A stretch of DNA of 64,000 bases from Ascidiella aspersa. Lineage: Eukaryota. Below the pieces are notes generated by a model. The model ran no database searches and had not been told where the DNA came from. It was given only the letters and a program-made list of their open reading frames with translations. The position numbers were made by a program, and so were the translations under genes. Location of the stretch: the NCBI GenBank assembly GCA_963924565.1, contig OZ004608.1, positions 34,348,001 to 34,412,000 on the forward strand, read 5' to 3'. This document shows, in pieces, positions 42,401-55,652 of this stretch. The first letter of the stretch is position 1; each line of letters starts with the position of its first letter.

Positions 42401-45400
42401 ACGAGTTATGTTTAGCCTTAGCAAGCACTTTCCTTAAAGATTCACGGCACATTTTAACGTCGCTTCTGTCAAAGTTCACTTTTTAATATACAAATCTACA
42501 TTAAAATGGCAGCTGTCTTACTCCGAGAATCTGGCGACACCCTGTACACCTATACTGCCACCATATTATCGTACAATTCAGTATAAACGGCAATGCGTTA
42601 AGGCGTAGTAAGAATATCAAAGCCAACAAAGGTATTTTTTTACATAATAATTAGCCAAAAATTTTATTTAGCGCTAAGAAGTTCAGTTACTCGCAGTTAT
42701 TCGCTTTCTGTTTATTGATAAATTTACTTCTCAAGGTACAAATCGCTACATTTTATGTTACCCAGTTATTCCCCTTCTGTTTTTTACATTTATCTTTTAA
42801 GGCGGAAATCGATGCATTTGATCCAAAAATCATGGCTGAATTTCCTATATTAATTTGGCATCGGATAGGCACCGATACCACCCGAGTATCGGGCGAGTAC
42901 CGCTAGTACTACTTGGTATCGGGTATCGGTTCCGATCCGATATAATCGGACATCGCTTCAATTTGAACCTTTGACCTTGAAAAGAGTAAAATATTTTGAC
43001 CACTCATGGAGTCCATTACCTCTTGTTGAGCAGTCTTTAGTTCCTTGGAGATGAGGTCCCTTTCTTCCTCCAGCTTCCCGATGGCGGAGGACTTTTCCTC
43101 CTCAAAGTTGGATGTCTCCCTCATGATCCGATCCTGCATTTCGCGGAGGAGCTTGTCCATAGCGTCCTGCGTCTGAGAGGAAGAAGAAGAAGAAGACTTG
43201 AAATATACCGGCCGAAATCTGTCTGCCTGACCAGAATTATAGTGCAAGCAAGCAAGGCTAGAAAATCAACTATCCTGCAGTGAGGTTCGAACTCACGACC
43301 TCCACCATACCGGGACCATTGCCCGACCAACTGAGTTAACCACGTTCGTAATGGGGCAAATCGAGAAACAACCATAGCACCGTTGCCTGCTGCATCCTGT
43401 TCGTAAAACTAGCCTGTGGTTAGGTTCTAACTCACGACCTTCGGTCAAACCGGGACCGTCGCTCAACCAACTGAGCTATTAGGATTATAGTGTATGATAT
43501 AAGTAAGGCCTTGAAATACATTTAGTAACCCTTTACAAACGGTTTTTAACCTGAGGTAGACAAACCACTCAAGCTACGCGGAGGCAATTTAGTTCTTATG
43601 CGGGGTGTATAAAAATTTACGCCAGTGCAATTTTTAGCTTTCAGGGTGATTTGTACTACAGCGTACTGGTGCTTAACTTGTGAGAAACGTTTTACTTGTG
43701 CTTACACCAACAGCTTTGAAATCTTATACGGAAGTTCAATAGTTGGCATTTTGTTGCTGCACGTGAGATTTTCGGCAAAACTACTGCCTATGAAATGCGG
43801 TATAAAATGATTTCATTCCTAAATTTTCACAAGCGCAATTGATTAAAATAAAAAAGTAATGCTTTTTTAGTGGTTGAGCGTAAACTGCCTTTAGCGCAAG
43901 GAAAGTTAGCTAACTTTATGGTTATTTTGCTCTTTTCTAAAAAAATACATTTTAAAGTGAAACGCTGAGTATATCGCAAACCGTGGATCAAATGCACAAG
44001 TTATTTTGGTATCGGATCGGCACCGATACACTACCCTAGTATCGGACTAGTAACGATACTGCACTTAACAAAGGGTTTTGCCTCCGATCCGATATTATCG
44101 GACAAGTTTGAATATACGCGGTTCAGACACAAAACACAACAGTCTTCGAAGTTAAAATACCACGCTTTTAGATAAGTTTCAGTAGCGCTTCTGTCTTAAG
44201 CTGAATACTTTCTTAACATCTAAAAAAGAGTGATACGCTGCCATTAAAGTCTTCAAAAAATATCCGTTAAATGGGTAAAGAGACCAATTTTACGCTTCGG
44301 ATGACAACTTAGTGAGTAGATTAGAGTAATTCTGTGTCAATTTGCGTGCAGCAAATATGTTTAAAACAAAAACGGCCTGGTCGTTCGAGGCCTTCAATTT
44401 TAACCATTTCAAATTGGTTCAACTGCGGAGAAAAATTTAACTCTAAACTAACCCAATTCAACCTTTTCTCTTGATATGGAAGTTTCTTGATCTCCCAAGC
44501 GCGTGCAATCAATTTATTTTTACTTGGACGCCAATCTTTGTCGACATTTATATACTACTGGTGCATTGTCGTTTTGGACAAGAAACGAAAAAAAATGCTA
44601 AAAAATGGGCGTTACAATAAAGAAATATTCGAAAAACAGCTGATGTTCGCAGGATGCGACAGTGATGCCATAAACGGTGCATTGCTTTGTCGGATCGCCG
44701 GTTGTCACATTAGCACCGGGACACAATGGGAAACTGACACGCGAAGTTGTGTGTGGACACTAAAGGCACTCAAGGCATACAGGTGCAGCTATTGCTGGTT
44801 TGTGGGGCTTTTTTGCGGTCTTTGTGGTAAATTACTCGAGCGTATGTAGGAAACGACCGCAAAAATCAGGAGCTTTGTTTAAGAATTTCTTAATACAGTG
44901 GTTGTTATTTATTTCGGGGGTGTCATTACCCTGAGAAAAAGTTAATCAAAAAATAATAATCAGTTTTTTTTAAACATTTATGGTCATTTTTTTTTTAAAC
45001 ATCTAAAATTTACCCCATACAAATCTTAAATTACCCACCCCTCAAAAAAATCTCCAGAAATTACTGCTTTAGCCTTAATATTTTTAATTCGTATTTAGAA
45101 ATTGCACATGTAGCGCAGGGATTAAAAGTGATAACAGGTTTTAATAGACTAAAAACTTTAAAGTGTTCGTCGAATTATTCGACTTATCTAATGTGTATAA
45201 CACGTGGGTTTGAACTTGTTGTAAGTTAGAAATTAACTCTTTTGACCAATCGATGTTATACTACGATTTGTGTTTACGACTTGGGTATACAATATTTATT
45301 TTACCGACAACGATTCATTCAATCAAAGTATGAAACAAGCGATAAACAGAACCTGGGTCGGTGTTGAAAAAACTGTTCACGAGTTTTTATTAGTTTTCCT

Positions 45401-48400
45401 TATTGTTTGACAGTTTTCGATAACATGTTTCGGTATGAAGTTAGGCGTAGACGTAAAAACCTAAAACTGCATTTTTAATTCCAAAAATATGCTTTTTGCA
45501 CTTTATAAGGGTGAAGTACAAGCATTTAATACAACAGGAACGGAATATAATAAGCTATTATTGTCAAATCGTGATCAAACGAAGCAATTCCTTAACATCC
45601 TATAATAATTGACTCTAATCGTTTGTCACAGTATTGGCCTTAAAACCGCAGCCGTATAACTAGGTCGCGTGAACCGAGAAATATTTCAAGTTACGTCATT
45701 GTTCATCGTTCACGGTTGATCGAGCGTACAGCCGACACCGTAGAGACAATCGAAACCATTGTTCAGTCACAATATAATGCGTGTCAACAATGTTCGGTTA
45801 GGTGCGCTAGACTAAGTGGCTACCGTCTTGAAACGAAAACAAAACATTTTGTTATGTAAGCTTATTTTGACTTATATTTACGACGGACAACTTGTATTGC
45901 GTGATTGTGGGTGTTACATTCCTTATCGGTGGGTAAAAAGTCAGAGTACAGAGTGTTTTTGACGTGTGTTTATGACACACGTGTTTTGTGTGATTGTGGG
46001 TGCCACATTCTTTGTCGACGGGTAAAATTCATACTACAAGATATAAAATCATGGTTTTGGAGTATTTGGACTAGAAAATAAAAATATTGGCTTTTTAAAC
46101 AACAAACTAATGAATCTCAAGTACTTCAGTCTAAAAAATCGCGGATAGCAAGTTTTTTTAACCAAAACAAAAAAATCATGGATACAGATACAGAGAATTT
46201 AAGCCTAGTTTATCCGTGTTAATTTAACACAGAAAAACTAACGACATTAATATAGGGACAGTCTAGTAAAATATTAACATATAATAAAATTATCGCCATA
46301 ATTAAGCAAAGGATTACCATAAATAGATTTGTTTCTGCCGATTCGTAGTACACAAAGGCGTTCATTATAAAACTTTTAGTCAGATGTTTGTTTAAATTCC
46401 ATTGCCAAATATTTCAGTAACATACAAAAAAATAATTTCCGGGCAATTGCTTGGCCTAAAATTCGTAAAGTACATTGAGGCTCAATTTCATCTACTTAAA
46501 AACTGAAGTCAAGGCCTCGAATTTGTTGGAATAACAAAAGGCGTGCCTCAAAGCCCACAGGGTCAAATTATCGAAAACGAGCTTTGAATTTGTTTTGCGA
46601 AAGAAAACTAGGCAATTGCCCTGAATAAGCCGACGGCAATTTGTTGCCTTAAACCGAAATTCTGGAGCCGGCTAAAATCAACTGGTACTTTACTCGATTT
46701 CACGTGTGGGATTTGTTGTTTTGGAAAATCGCCTGGACTTAGCTATAACCGGCAATGGGGTTAACCTTAAACCTACACGTTATCAGCGAAAAATTAGTTC
46801 TTTGCACCTAAAAATTTCCGCTAGAAAATATTATGGAATATTGCAAGACACAAGGATACCTATTCTTTGGTAAAAAGTAAAATCTTGGCAATTGATTTAC
46901 GAATTTGGGGTGAAAAGTCAAGCCATTTATAAATAGAGTTGAACGTAAAGCATATTGTCTAGACTCTAGAGGTTGTAGTTAGACGTTAAATAAACATCAA
47001 AGCCCATAGATAAGTAGGCAGCATTTTTGTGAGGTGTTAAAACAAATAAAAATTATTTGGAACATAATACTACCTACTTCTGTATGGGATTATTTATGGT
47101 TTGACATGCATTGTAAAAAGAACAGTTTAAAAAAATGCATGTGGTTTGTAGAATGGGTCACTTTCCTAATCTTTAAAAAGCAAATGCAGATTGTATATAA
47201 ACCGTAGGATTTCGGGATTAACAGGCTTTCAACAAACAAAGCCTTGAGCAAGTTTGTTAGCATTATATGCCACAGCTAATGGAGTCAAATGCTGCTTTTC
47301 AACGTTTTCCCAGAAGCACCGCAAGCTTTAACGTATTTGTTTATATAAACATCAGCGCCGGGTTTTAAATCTAGTCTAAGCAATACGCCGGTTCGAGGAT
47401 TATTTAGGCCAAGGCTTATTATAAGGAGATCAACTTTCTTGAAATGAGGCCAACCAACAGTCAAGTGAGCGCTTTGCGGTCCTCCACATAAAGATTCAAC
47501 TTGTTTGTATTAGCAGTAAATAGCAAAAACACAAAATGTATTTACGCACAAAACTTAGAATTAATGAATTAATTAAAAAAAAAAGTAAAAAAAAAATGTT
47601 AAATGAAAACACTTAAATTCAACCAAAGTCATTCGGTTAAATTAAGTCAAAGTCAAGTAATTTGTCTTAACGCCATAAGTCGAGTCAAGCTATTTAACTA
47701 AAACGACTTAAGTCAAGTCAAGTCATTTGAAACAGTGATTTAAGTGCAGTAAAGTCATTGACTTAAGTCACTTTCACACTGATATTATGAGATCAAATAT
47801 CTTAAAATAAGGCCAACCAACAGCAAAGTGAGCGCTTTACGGCGGGCGCACTTGAACCTTTCAAAGGCGAAAGGAGATTATCTGCTTTAGCGTCATAACT
47901 CCACTTTCAATCCACTTTTACCACTACGATCTTTGAACTTGCGCTATTTGAGCTTTCCAGTTTGAAAGGTCCTCTAATTGGTTTCGGATATACGTTTGCT
48001 CGTTTGCGGTCAACGCAAAGTAGAACAGTAAACGTTATTTACTTTTGTGCTTTTAAGGCGGCAAAATATAGTGTTTACATACCAGTGGGCTAAATCGAAA
48101 TTACCGAAGTGACAGTTATTGGGTTTTTCAGCTTTATTTTCAAGTTTCTAAACCCAAGAGTCGAATCTGGTGAGGTATATAACTAGATCTAAAATATCTT
48201 TTGTGCTTTTTTTGAACTTTTAGGTGTATTGTGTCAATCGCACTTCAACCCCTTAAATTTTCACTTGTGCTAAAATGACAAACTCTAACTTAGAAAAACG
48301 AATAGCTCAATATCAAGGGTGGAAGTTGGTTGATCACGTATTTTTAAACTGTATTAACTTTTGGGTAAATGACATGAGTTTGAATCAAGTCATTCACTTA

Positions 48401-51400
48401 ACGTATTTCACTAAAGACTTGTATAGTTTGAAATGACTTGTTTGCAAACACTGATACTCCAAGCGAAATGTAACAGAGAACGAAATTAAAACAACGAAAA
48501 AGCATGCGTCAGGGGACCAGTATATAAAACGACAGGTGAACTTGACGCACATACTTGTATAAACCGCTCTGTAAAGTCCAACAAATGTCAAAAATCCACG
48601 AAACGGTGACGTCAAAAAATAACACGAACATTTCATTTCCAGGAAATTATTTTTTCAAAATTAGGTAAATTGAGACTTAGTTTCGTCAACCTAAAATTGA
48701 AGTCAAATCCTCGTATTTGTTGCAATAACAAGATAGGTACCACAAAAACCAAAGGGTAAAAACTTATATTAAAGAGGGAACAGACTTCACACCTTTTTTA
48801 GTTTTTTTTAGTTTAAAAAATGTCTGATTATGTGTGTTAAGTCGGGTTTTTAATCCTGCAGTTTTATTGTCCATGTACTATACGCGTCTTCAAAACACGG
48901 ATCAACAAGCGGAATCCTGCTGCTAATGGTTTTGGATTCCATAAATATACGCACTTTTGTATATATATTCAGTAAACAACGGCGTAAAATTGCATTGTGA
49001 CCCCGAAAATTGTGTAACCAGGCGATATCGAAACGCCAAGGGTCATTCAAATTAATAAAATGGCAGGTGGCCTTCAGCGTATTTACAGTAAACCACACTG
49101 TGTACCTTATAAAACGTGAAAATCCGGCAATATCGAAGCGCCAAGGGTCAGTGCCAGTTAATAAAACCGACAAATTGCGCCGCAGACAATTGTAACCTAG
49201 TTGTAGGAGTCACTGTTCAGACACAGCAGACGCACTAGCTCAAAGCTACAGGCCAAGTCGCCAATGCAACCCCGCGGGGTCTGTGGCAAATTCCAGTAAC
49301 CCTAGAGAATTATCGCTTAAATGCTTCGCCTCGGCCTACACTGTATGTCCAAAGCAACCGGCTGCCAATGCTATGAGATCTGAAACCACGATAAGAGCAT
49401 TGCGGTGGTAGATATGAACACATTTGTGCGAGCACTTGGCAGTGAAAGTAGGCTATACGATTTATATCAGTAGGGGAACATAAATGGAATTCCAATCGAA
49501 TATGGTCAACTTTAAAACCTGGCCGACTCGATGTAAATGAATTTTTTACAAATTGTTGCTATGTTTATAATCATGGTATTTAATTTTAATTTAAGAATTA
49601 ATTTACGTATGGTACTGCCATGGATTTCGATTAACAACGACAAAGTCTGACTACTGATAGTTATATATATTCAACTGTGTTTTATGGTCACATATACACG
49701 TAAATTTACACAGAGCGACGTTATAGATTTTCGGCTTTACTTTTTTAGGACAAACTTAAGAAATCAAAAACGGCGATAGAAGATTCGCGTGACGGATATG
49801 AAGATATTTGTTGGTAGTAAAAGTAGACTGGGCTCTTCGAGTTACATCAGTGTGGAAACATGATGAAATTCTAATTTAATCTGATAACGTTACCCACTTT
49901 GATGTAGAGAAAGAAAAATACACAAAAAGTCGGTGCGATGTTTTAACGTTACTATGAAATTACACTGACAGAGCGTTTCACTAACGCAAATTGTACATAT
50001 ATTTTTGTGCCTGAATTAATAGTCTTATTTTAATACACCAATATTTACAAAGACTTAAAAATCGGCCACTTAAAAATAATAGCACATCAAAAATCAGTAC
50101 AACCACTCGTTTTTTTTATAATTAAAAAAAAACTAATTTACCTCGTTTTTCATGAGGTCTACTTCTGATTGGTGGCTCTTGGCCATAGAAGCTGCTTCCT
50201 TCTCAAACTGTTGCTTTAATTGATCCACTTCCTCTTCGTGTGTCATCTTTAGCTCGTCCAAGTCGCGCTGAAACTGCTTCTGCAAGGTTGTCTTCTCATT
50301 TGCCATTGTTTCCACTCGCTAAATTGAAAAAAATAATTGTGGTTGGTGCGTATAAGGGCAAGATGTGGCAAGCCTTCATTAATATGCCACTTTACTTTAT
50401 CAGTTTTTGACTTAATTTGGAACAAAATGCAATAATTTTGGGCAAAAAATAAAAATATTTAGTATTACTTTGTGTGTTTCTGTCATAATTTAGAACAAAA
50501 TGCAATAATCTAGATTATGAGCAAACAAAAACAAACATTTAAGATTTCTTTGTGTCTTTCTGCCATAATTGTTAGCAAAATGTCATAATTTTGAGCAAAT
50601 TAAAAAACTAATATTGATTTCTTTGTGCCTAACCCTAATTCAAGACAAATTTAGCTTAAATATTTGCAACTAGATTTTTGACAAACACTGAAAATACTGT
50701 TGGTGCAATTTAGTATGTCCAAATTGGACTTTACACACATAGGAATGCAAGTTTAACAACCAAATCCATCCAATCAAATATGGAGAAACTTTTCACCGCA
50801 CAGAAAATTGGGAGTCTGTTCAGGTTACACATAATTGGACATTGAACAACACTCGCTTGTAATTTAAAAACTATGTTGCTTACTGCATACGAAAGACCAC
50901 AAGAGTAATCCGACAAATGGTATTTTTAAAGATACTCGCCAAGGTACATGGACAAGGTCTTGACATAAAAGTAAATTAGAGAGTTTGTTACCTAGCATTA
51001 CTGATAAAAAGTATATGAATCCCATTTTTAAAGGCTTTAGAAGCTTGTTTATGTTTTTAAAACAAACATAAAAGGGTCTCAATTGACCTGAGCAGTACTT
51101 TCTTCCCACAAAATCTCTTTCAGCATTTTTTGGAAAATCATGGATTATGGGATTTCTAGTTTTCCCCAAGCATTTCACTTTCCGCATTTCAATGTATAAT
51201 TTGTGGATAATAATTTGGAAAATATTTCAGCAAAAGAGTAGGCGTAGCTTTAGATCAAAAAGCCAACAGTTTCATTAGAGATCCATGTTAGGTAATAGTG
51301 TAACATTTTTAATTAACCTCAAATTATTCGCATTTTGAAGACTTACACACAGACATATTTATCAACTCTATAAAAATAGATATGTTTTACCGTTCCGAGG

Positions 51401-54400
51401 ACTTTTAGTTGTTGCAGAAGTTGTCCGTTCTCATCGGTTTGTGACTTTTGCAGAGCGTTCCTTTCTGCTTCGATGTCGTGATACCTGCGTTTCATGTCTT
51501 TCATCTGCGATTCAAGGTCATGAATGCTTTCATCTTGTGTTAACTTGATCGCCTCCAAAGTTCCGATTATGCCTGCAAATAATATGTTACAATTTATATC
51601 TATGCTATAACTGCCTTCTTTTTACTTTACTTTTTACACTGCCTAAATATGAATTACATTATGTACTTAAATATATGTAAATGCGCCAATTGTATTATTT
51701 TTACTTTCAATGCAGTCTATACTTTGTTAAAATTTATTTTAACACCCTAATAGGAGATATATACAAACAATTTTTAATGCCAGATACATTAAAGGTGTTC
51801 TACCTCCTGTCAGAACTAACACAGAAAACTACTAACAGCAGAAAAATATTATTTTGTGAAACAGACTACAGATTATTTATCTCCTAATATGAAATTATCA
51901 TTAGGAGTTATATAGTTGATTTCCTTATAAATTTAAACAAATTATAGACTATTATTTATGTTATCAATCAAGCTTAGTTGGTTTCTTACACAAATTACAG
52001 ACTAGTTTCCTTATTGCACTAATTAATGTAAATCAAAGCTCACTTGATTTCTTGATGATGTCTCCGGCTTGTGAGTCGATTCTCTCACGAGCTGTCGAGA
52101 GTTCATCTTCAAGAAAACCGACCTTGTCTGAAGTTGCATTGTATTCCACCTGAAGTCGGCTCAGTTGGTCACGTAGATCCTGACAAAAACAAAAGAGTTT
52201 TAAAAATCTGGTCACATTTTGTATTAACTTTTTTATGAAAGACTATATTTTAACATAACATTTTCAGAGCAAATAACGTATTTATAATTTTTTACCAAAC
52301 TTATTTATTTCTACCAAAAATTATAGCCTAAGACTAATTTGGCCACATAGAATGTTTGCAATTTTGTTATTAAAATATTTATAAAACACTGTCGTATTTG
52401 GGAGAATAAATTATTGTATGATCAGGTTCTTCTGAACAGTATTTGCAAGCCCCAATTGAATCAGAAAACTTTGTGGAGAAAACACAACTACTTTACCAAT
52501 ATGCAAATAAACACGTAGCAAACAACAAAAATAAATATCTGTCTTATAGTACCTTAATATGATCCACTGTGCTGTTTGCTTTAGCATCTGAGCTGAGAAT
52601 TTTTTCATTCAAATGTTGAACTTCATCTCTTTGAATCGCAAGTTCGTCAGTAAGCTCCTTAATTTTTGCCCTCAGCGATAATTCCACACGGGAGTAATCT
52701 TTCTTAAGGACGGCTTCGCGCTCCTTCCATTGTCTTTCCAGCTCTTCATCTGACATGGAGGACGCTTTTAATGCCATCAATTCGCGCTCGTAAAAAGATT
52801 TTGCCTTTTCCATTTTGCCGTCGTAATCCTCTACGCATTTTCTCAGTTCTGATTTTGCCCCTTCGATTTCCGACTGCAGAGAACTAATTTGTATTTTCTG
52901 CGAGTCTTTCAACTTTTCCCGGTCGAATTCGAAATTCTTCTTCTGCTCCGACAACTGTTCCTTTAAACTTTGAACCTGATTTCGATAATCTGCGATTACA
53001 GAGTCAAGGTTTTTGTTGCGTTCCCTTTCGTCAGCCGAAAGTTTGCTGTCAAAGTCATGTATTCTTTGTTCAAACGCTCCCTTGGCCTCGAGTAGTTCCC
53101 TTGTTAGTTTGAAAATTTGTTCTTCGTTGTTTCTTCTAGCGTTTTCCTCCCGTTCTTCGACGCTTTGCTTGTAGGCGTCCATTTCGACCATTGCGAGTTT
53201 GCGCTCTTTTACATAAGAGTCAACACAATCTTCCAGGTTCCTGATTTTCCTACACAAGGAGTTCAAGGGTTTAATAGATAATCACTTGACAAATTGAAAA
53301 CAAAGCATTTAAATACATAAACACCAAGTGAAGTTTTTTTAGTTTTACCAGAGGTTTTAAACTAAGGGTAAAAAGAGCAAGTTTTCTTGTACAGTAAAAG
53401 TTTGTATGAGTAAATGATTTAAGTTAAAGTAACTCTTATACAGTTTTTTTTTTTAATTTATCCTGTTTTAACATTTTTTAGGGCCACCCACATATATCAG
53501 AAAGAAAAGGGGGTTATGATTTTTCTATAGGAGGAGCTACTTGATTTTTCTGAATATTTACTTAAACAATTGAAAATACAGCCTACATAAAAAAGTGAAT
53601 ATTTTATTGTCTGCAATGAAAAATAATCAACTTTTGAAGGCATTTAATTTAAGCTATATAAACTATATTGTCTGATAGTAAACTGCTGAATAAAATAAAA
53701 TTGATTTTGAATATTATAGTAATTTTCTATTTGCATAATAACGTTTAAAGAATCGGCAAAATGGTGTGCTGTTTTAGATCTATAAAAATATATTTTCATC
53801 TTCAAGAATGTCCAATGCCTAGTGTGTAAGACAAAAACTGTTGACACACAAATACACTTTTGGCTTACCGCCTTAGATCCAGTTCATTTCCAATCTTGAG
53901 TCGATAGTCTTGAATCTTCGATGCAGTTTCTGCCAATAATTGTTGCATTTCCTCCTCGTGCGAATCTTTAAGAGCCTCCATTGCTGCCTCATGGTCATCA
54001 TTTTTGGTGTTCAGGGCATAGATAACCTGGTTAATGTTACATTAAAACACAAGTTAACTTTAAGCAAATATTTGCAATCAATTTAATGCAATAAAATATT
54101 AAACTAAATCAAAATCTGAATGAAAAATAGCAAACAATTTCTGAAAAGCTGTTAAAAGGTTTGGCTTACATAATATTTGTTTTTAAAACTAAACTTGAAA
54201 TTCTAAAAAAAGTAACATTTTTCAACAACCAAAGTTAAACAACATTAGTTACCACTTACAGTAATTGGCCTACAAATTTACAAAAAAATCCCTAATGAAG
54301 CCATCCTAATATTTGGTTTTAAAACTAAACTTGGAATTCTAAAAAAATTAACATTCCAATAACCAAAATCCAAAGTTAAACAACATTAGATACCACTTAC

Positions 54401-54706
54401 AATAATTGGCGTAAAAGTTCACAAAAAATTCCCTAATAAAGCCTACTTAATTGGTTTAAAACTAAACTTAAACTTGTAAGTAACAATCCAATAACTAAAG
54501 TTACTCAAAATTATATACCACTTACAATAATTGGCCTGACAAAAAAATAAAATTTGACAGATATTCACCTTTGTAAGCTGGGCGATCTTCTTTGACATTT
54601 TGAGGTGCATATCCTGCATATCCCCTGCCATCTGGCCACCCCCATACATGGCTCCAGGTTTCTGCTGGCTGTTGTAATGTTGCCAAGACATCTTACCAGT
54701 CGCCAT
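24414..54706 (-). CDS. FAM184A: FAM184A-like long coiled-coil protein; 19 coding exons, about 1112 aa
   Basis: Exons (5'->3'): 54706-54569, 54026-53869, 53249-52553, 52179-52044, 51572-51391, 50318-50142, 43172-43020, 40576-40416, 39902-39780, 39235-39085, 38379-38239, 37775-37672, 37014-36893, 36042-35894, 32990-32873, 29098-28906, 28341-28224, 27215-27111, 24626-24414; all GT-AG and phase-consistent. Motifs [71 protein letters not shown] and NRLEPI match recalled human FAM184A. The ORF-track start at 54709 is GTG; the true ATG is 54706. The 3' end is uncertain (see finding at 19994). Confidence 0.92.
24709..24876 (+). mobile_element. Family P1 degenerate fold-back copy in FAM184A intron 18
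   Basis: cgtagtaagaatatcaaag...atattcttactacgtcctactgcaacctccaaccgttatgct; tgcaagc on both sides. Confidence 0.7.
27862..28099 (-). mobile_element. Penelope-like fold-back element, family P2, with two inverted hammerhead cores
   Basis: About 90-bp inverted arms (27899-27990 / 28007-28096), a 37-nt unpaired tail (27862-27898), and a 14-bp TSD tcttgatacagaaa (27848-27861, 28100-28113). Confidence 0.8.
28015..28054 (+). ncRNA. Minimal type I hammerhead ribozyme motif (mirror copy on the minus strand at about 27942-27981)
   Basis: TTTGAC-CTGATGA-A-GCAC(ggtt)GTGC-GAAA-GC-TT-GTCGAG: intact core, helix II, palindromic AAGCTT helix III, helix I with G-U pairs. Confidence 0.7.
29136..29518 (+). mobile_element. 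GACTT/AAGTCA-rich MITE family member with expanded internal satellite
   Basis: Starts CAGTGTTGTAATGACTT; related copies at about 13773-13930, 34737-34960, 47600-47782 (reverse), 57190-57388, 60590-60748 and 61468-61750. Confidence 0.7.
29161..29365. repeat. (AACTTGACTT)n decamer tandem array
   Basis: 18 perfect copies at 29171-29350 plus variant flanking units. Confidence 0.97.
29956..30218. mobile_element. hAT-type MITE
   Basis: TIRs CAGAGGTGTAGC / GCTACGCCTCTA; perfect 8-bp TSD agtcagag (29948-29955, 30219-30226); internal GGCGCCCC motifs. Confidence 0.85.
34345..34576. repeat. Degenerate ~25-30 bp minisatellite (tttgtagatatattg core)
   Basis: agatata motif repeated at short intervals. 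Confidence 0.5.
37099..37260 (-). mobile_element. Family P1 degenerate fold-back copy in FAM184A intron 12
   Basis: ttggagcataatggtggaggttgtagcaagacg...gggctttgatatttttactacg. Confidence 0.7.
40839..40909 (+). mobile_element. Family P1 5'-truncated copy
   Basis: aatgatacctactgtatgggctttgatattcttattacgtcttactacaacctccaaccattatgctccaa; flanked by aactcaagta / aactcaaata. Confidence 0.75.
42820..42954. mobile_element. ATCGG/CCGATAC-rich dispersed repeat (MITE fragment)
   Basis: atcggataggcaccgatacc...ttccgatccgatataatcggacatc; related pieces at about 7258-7335, 17040-17165, 35032-35067 and 43985-44105. Confidence 0.6.
43273..43484 (-). mobile_element. Two tandem tRNA-derived SINE heads / tRNA pseudogenes (43273-43345, 43412-43484)
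   Basis: A box TA(A/G)CTCAGTTGG and T-arm GTGAG-TTCGAAC-CTCAC; acceptor stems do not pair; B-box fragment also at about 20590-20612. Confidence 0.7.
46969..47088 (-). mobile_element. Family P1 old degenerate fold-back copy
   Basis: gaggttgtagttagacg..atcaaagcccatagataagtagg...tacctacttctgtatggg. Confidence 0.6.
50414..50630. repeat. About 75-bp degenerate tandem repeat x3
   Basis: caaaatg(c/t)..taat..gcaaa..ctttgtgt recurs. Confidence 0.75.
54170..54540. repeat. About 135-bp degenerate tandem repeat x3 in FAM184A intron 1
   Basis: tttaaaactaaactt..aaagtta..taccacttaca.taattggc recurs near 54181, 54318 and 54455. Confidence 0.85.
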
Positions 54707-55638
54707 CACCCATTAAGTGAAGTCGATGTACTTGCTGAGTTAAATCCAAGTTGTTCAGAGTTAAACGTAATCCAATTCCTTCTGACCAGTGTTCACATAA
54801 TTTTAATCAGCTTTGCAAACTGTCGCCTTGTAATTGATATTAAATTTTAAACATGTATTACAAAATAAAAATCTGGACCATTTTTTAAACCGAAATTGTA
54901 AAGTAAAACCTGAATATACCATTCAAACTGAGATAAGCATCTTTAAATAAAATATTTTGTTTTAAAAAAAGAACTTTTACAATAGTTTAACTTAACTATT
55001 ATCGTTTAAAACTTTTCTTTTTTGCAGATCTAATAAAAGTTTTGGTGATGCCAGATTTTGGAGTTAGATGAACAGGTATAAGTTTTTGTTTGCCTCTGCA
55101 TGCATTTCTTATAAAACACTTTATTGGTAGAAGTTTAACTGTTTTGTTTTATTTTATACTTCATGTAATTTTAATGTAGACCTATTCGCGACCCAAACAA
55201 GTCGTTTTGTGACGACAGATTGGGAAGACCTAACTAACACCTTAAGTCAACCTAATCAAAGCATGAACCATAGGGACTGAAACGCAAATCAGATTTGATA
55301 TAGTTGCTAAAGCATGTCAAGTAACGCAGAGCTTTTCTCAAAATCCATCAAAGTTATTAACTTTATATGATCCCAATTCAATAGCAAAGCGTTACAAAAT
55401 TTTCACAACAAACCTATTCAAGTTAAAAGTAACGTGACAAATAAAACCACTGCAGTAGGAACCTAGAAATTATGGGAGGAATGCGGCGTAGGAACACCCA
55501 CAGTCGAAAAAATGTCACGAACTGTCTGCATAACAAACCACTGAACTGATCGCTTGACAAAATGACTTGATGAAGTGTGTTCATTCAAGCAGAAAACGCC
55601 AAGAACTTCTATTTCAAGCTGATCAGTAAATACTGACG

Positions 55639-55652
55639 GTTGGCATGGAAAC
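55639..55652. promoter_or_regulatory. RFX X-box-like motif in the FAM184A/IFT74 divergent promoter
   Basis: GTTGGCATGGAAAC, one mismatch from GTTNCCATGGNAAC, abutting CCAAT. Weaker sites GTTGCTAAAGCATG (55303-55316) and GTTGCCAAAACATC (55847-55860). IFT genes are established RFX targets. Confidence 0.55.

Noticed and set aside
43273-43484. Functional tRNA genes
   Set aside because: Acceptor stems do not pair and each copy has a damaged arm
44810-44866. pre-miRNA-like hairpin tttttgcggtc...gaccgcaaaaa
   Set aside because: Only about 11 bp of stem and no recognisable miRNA
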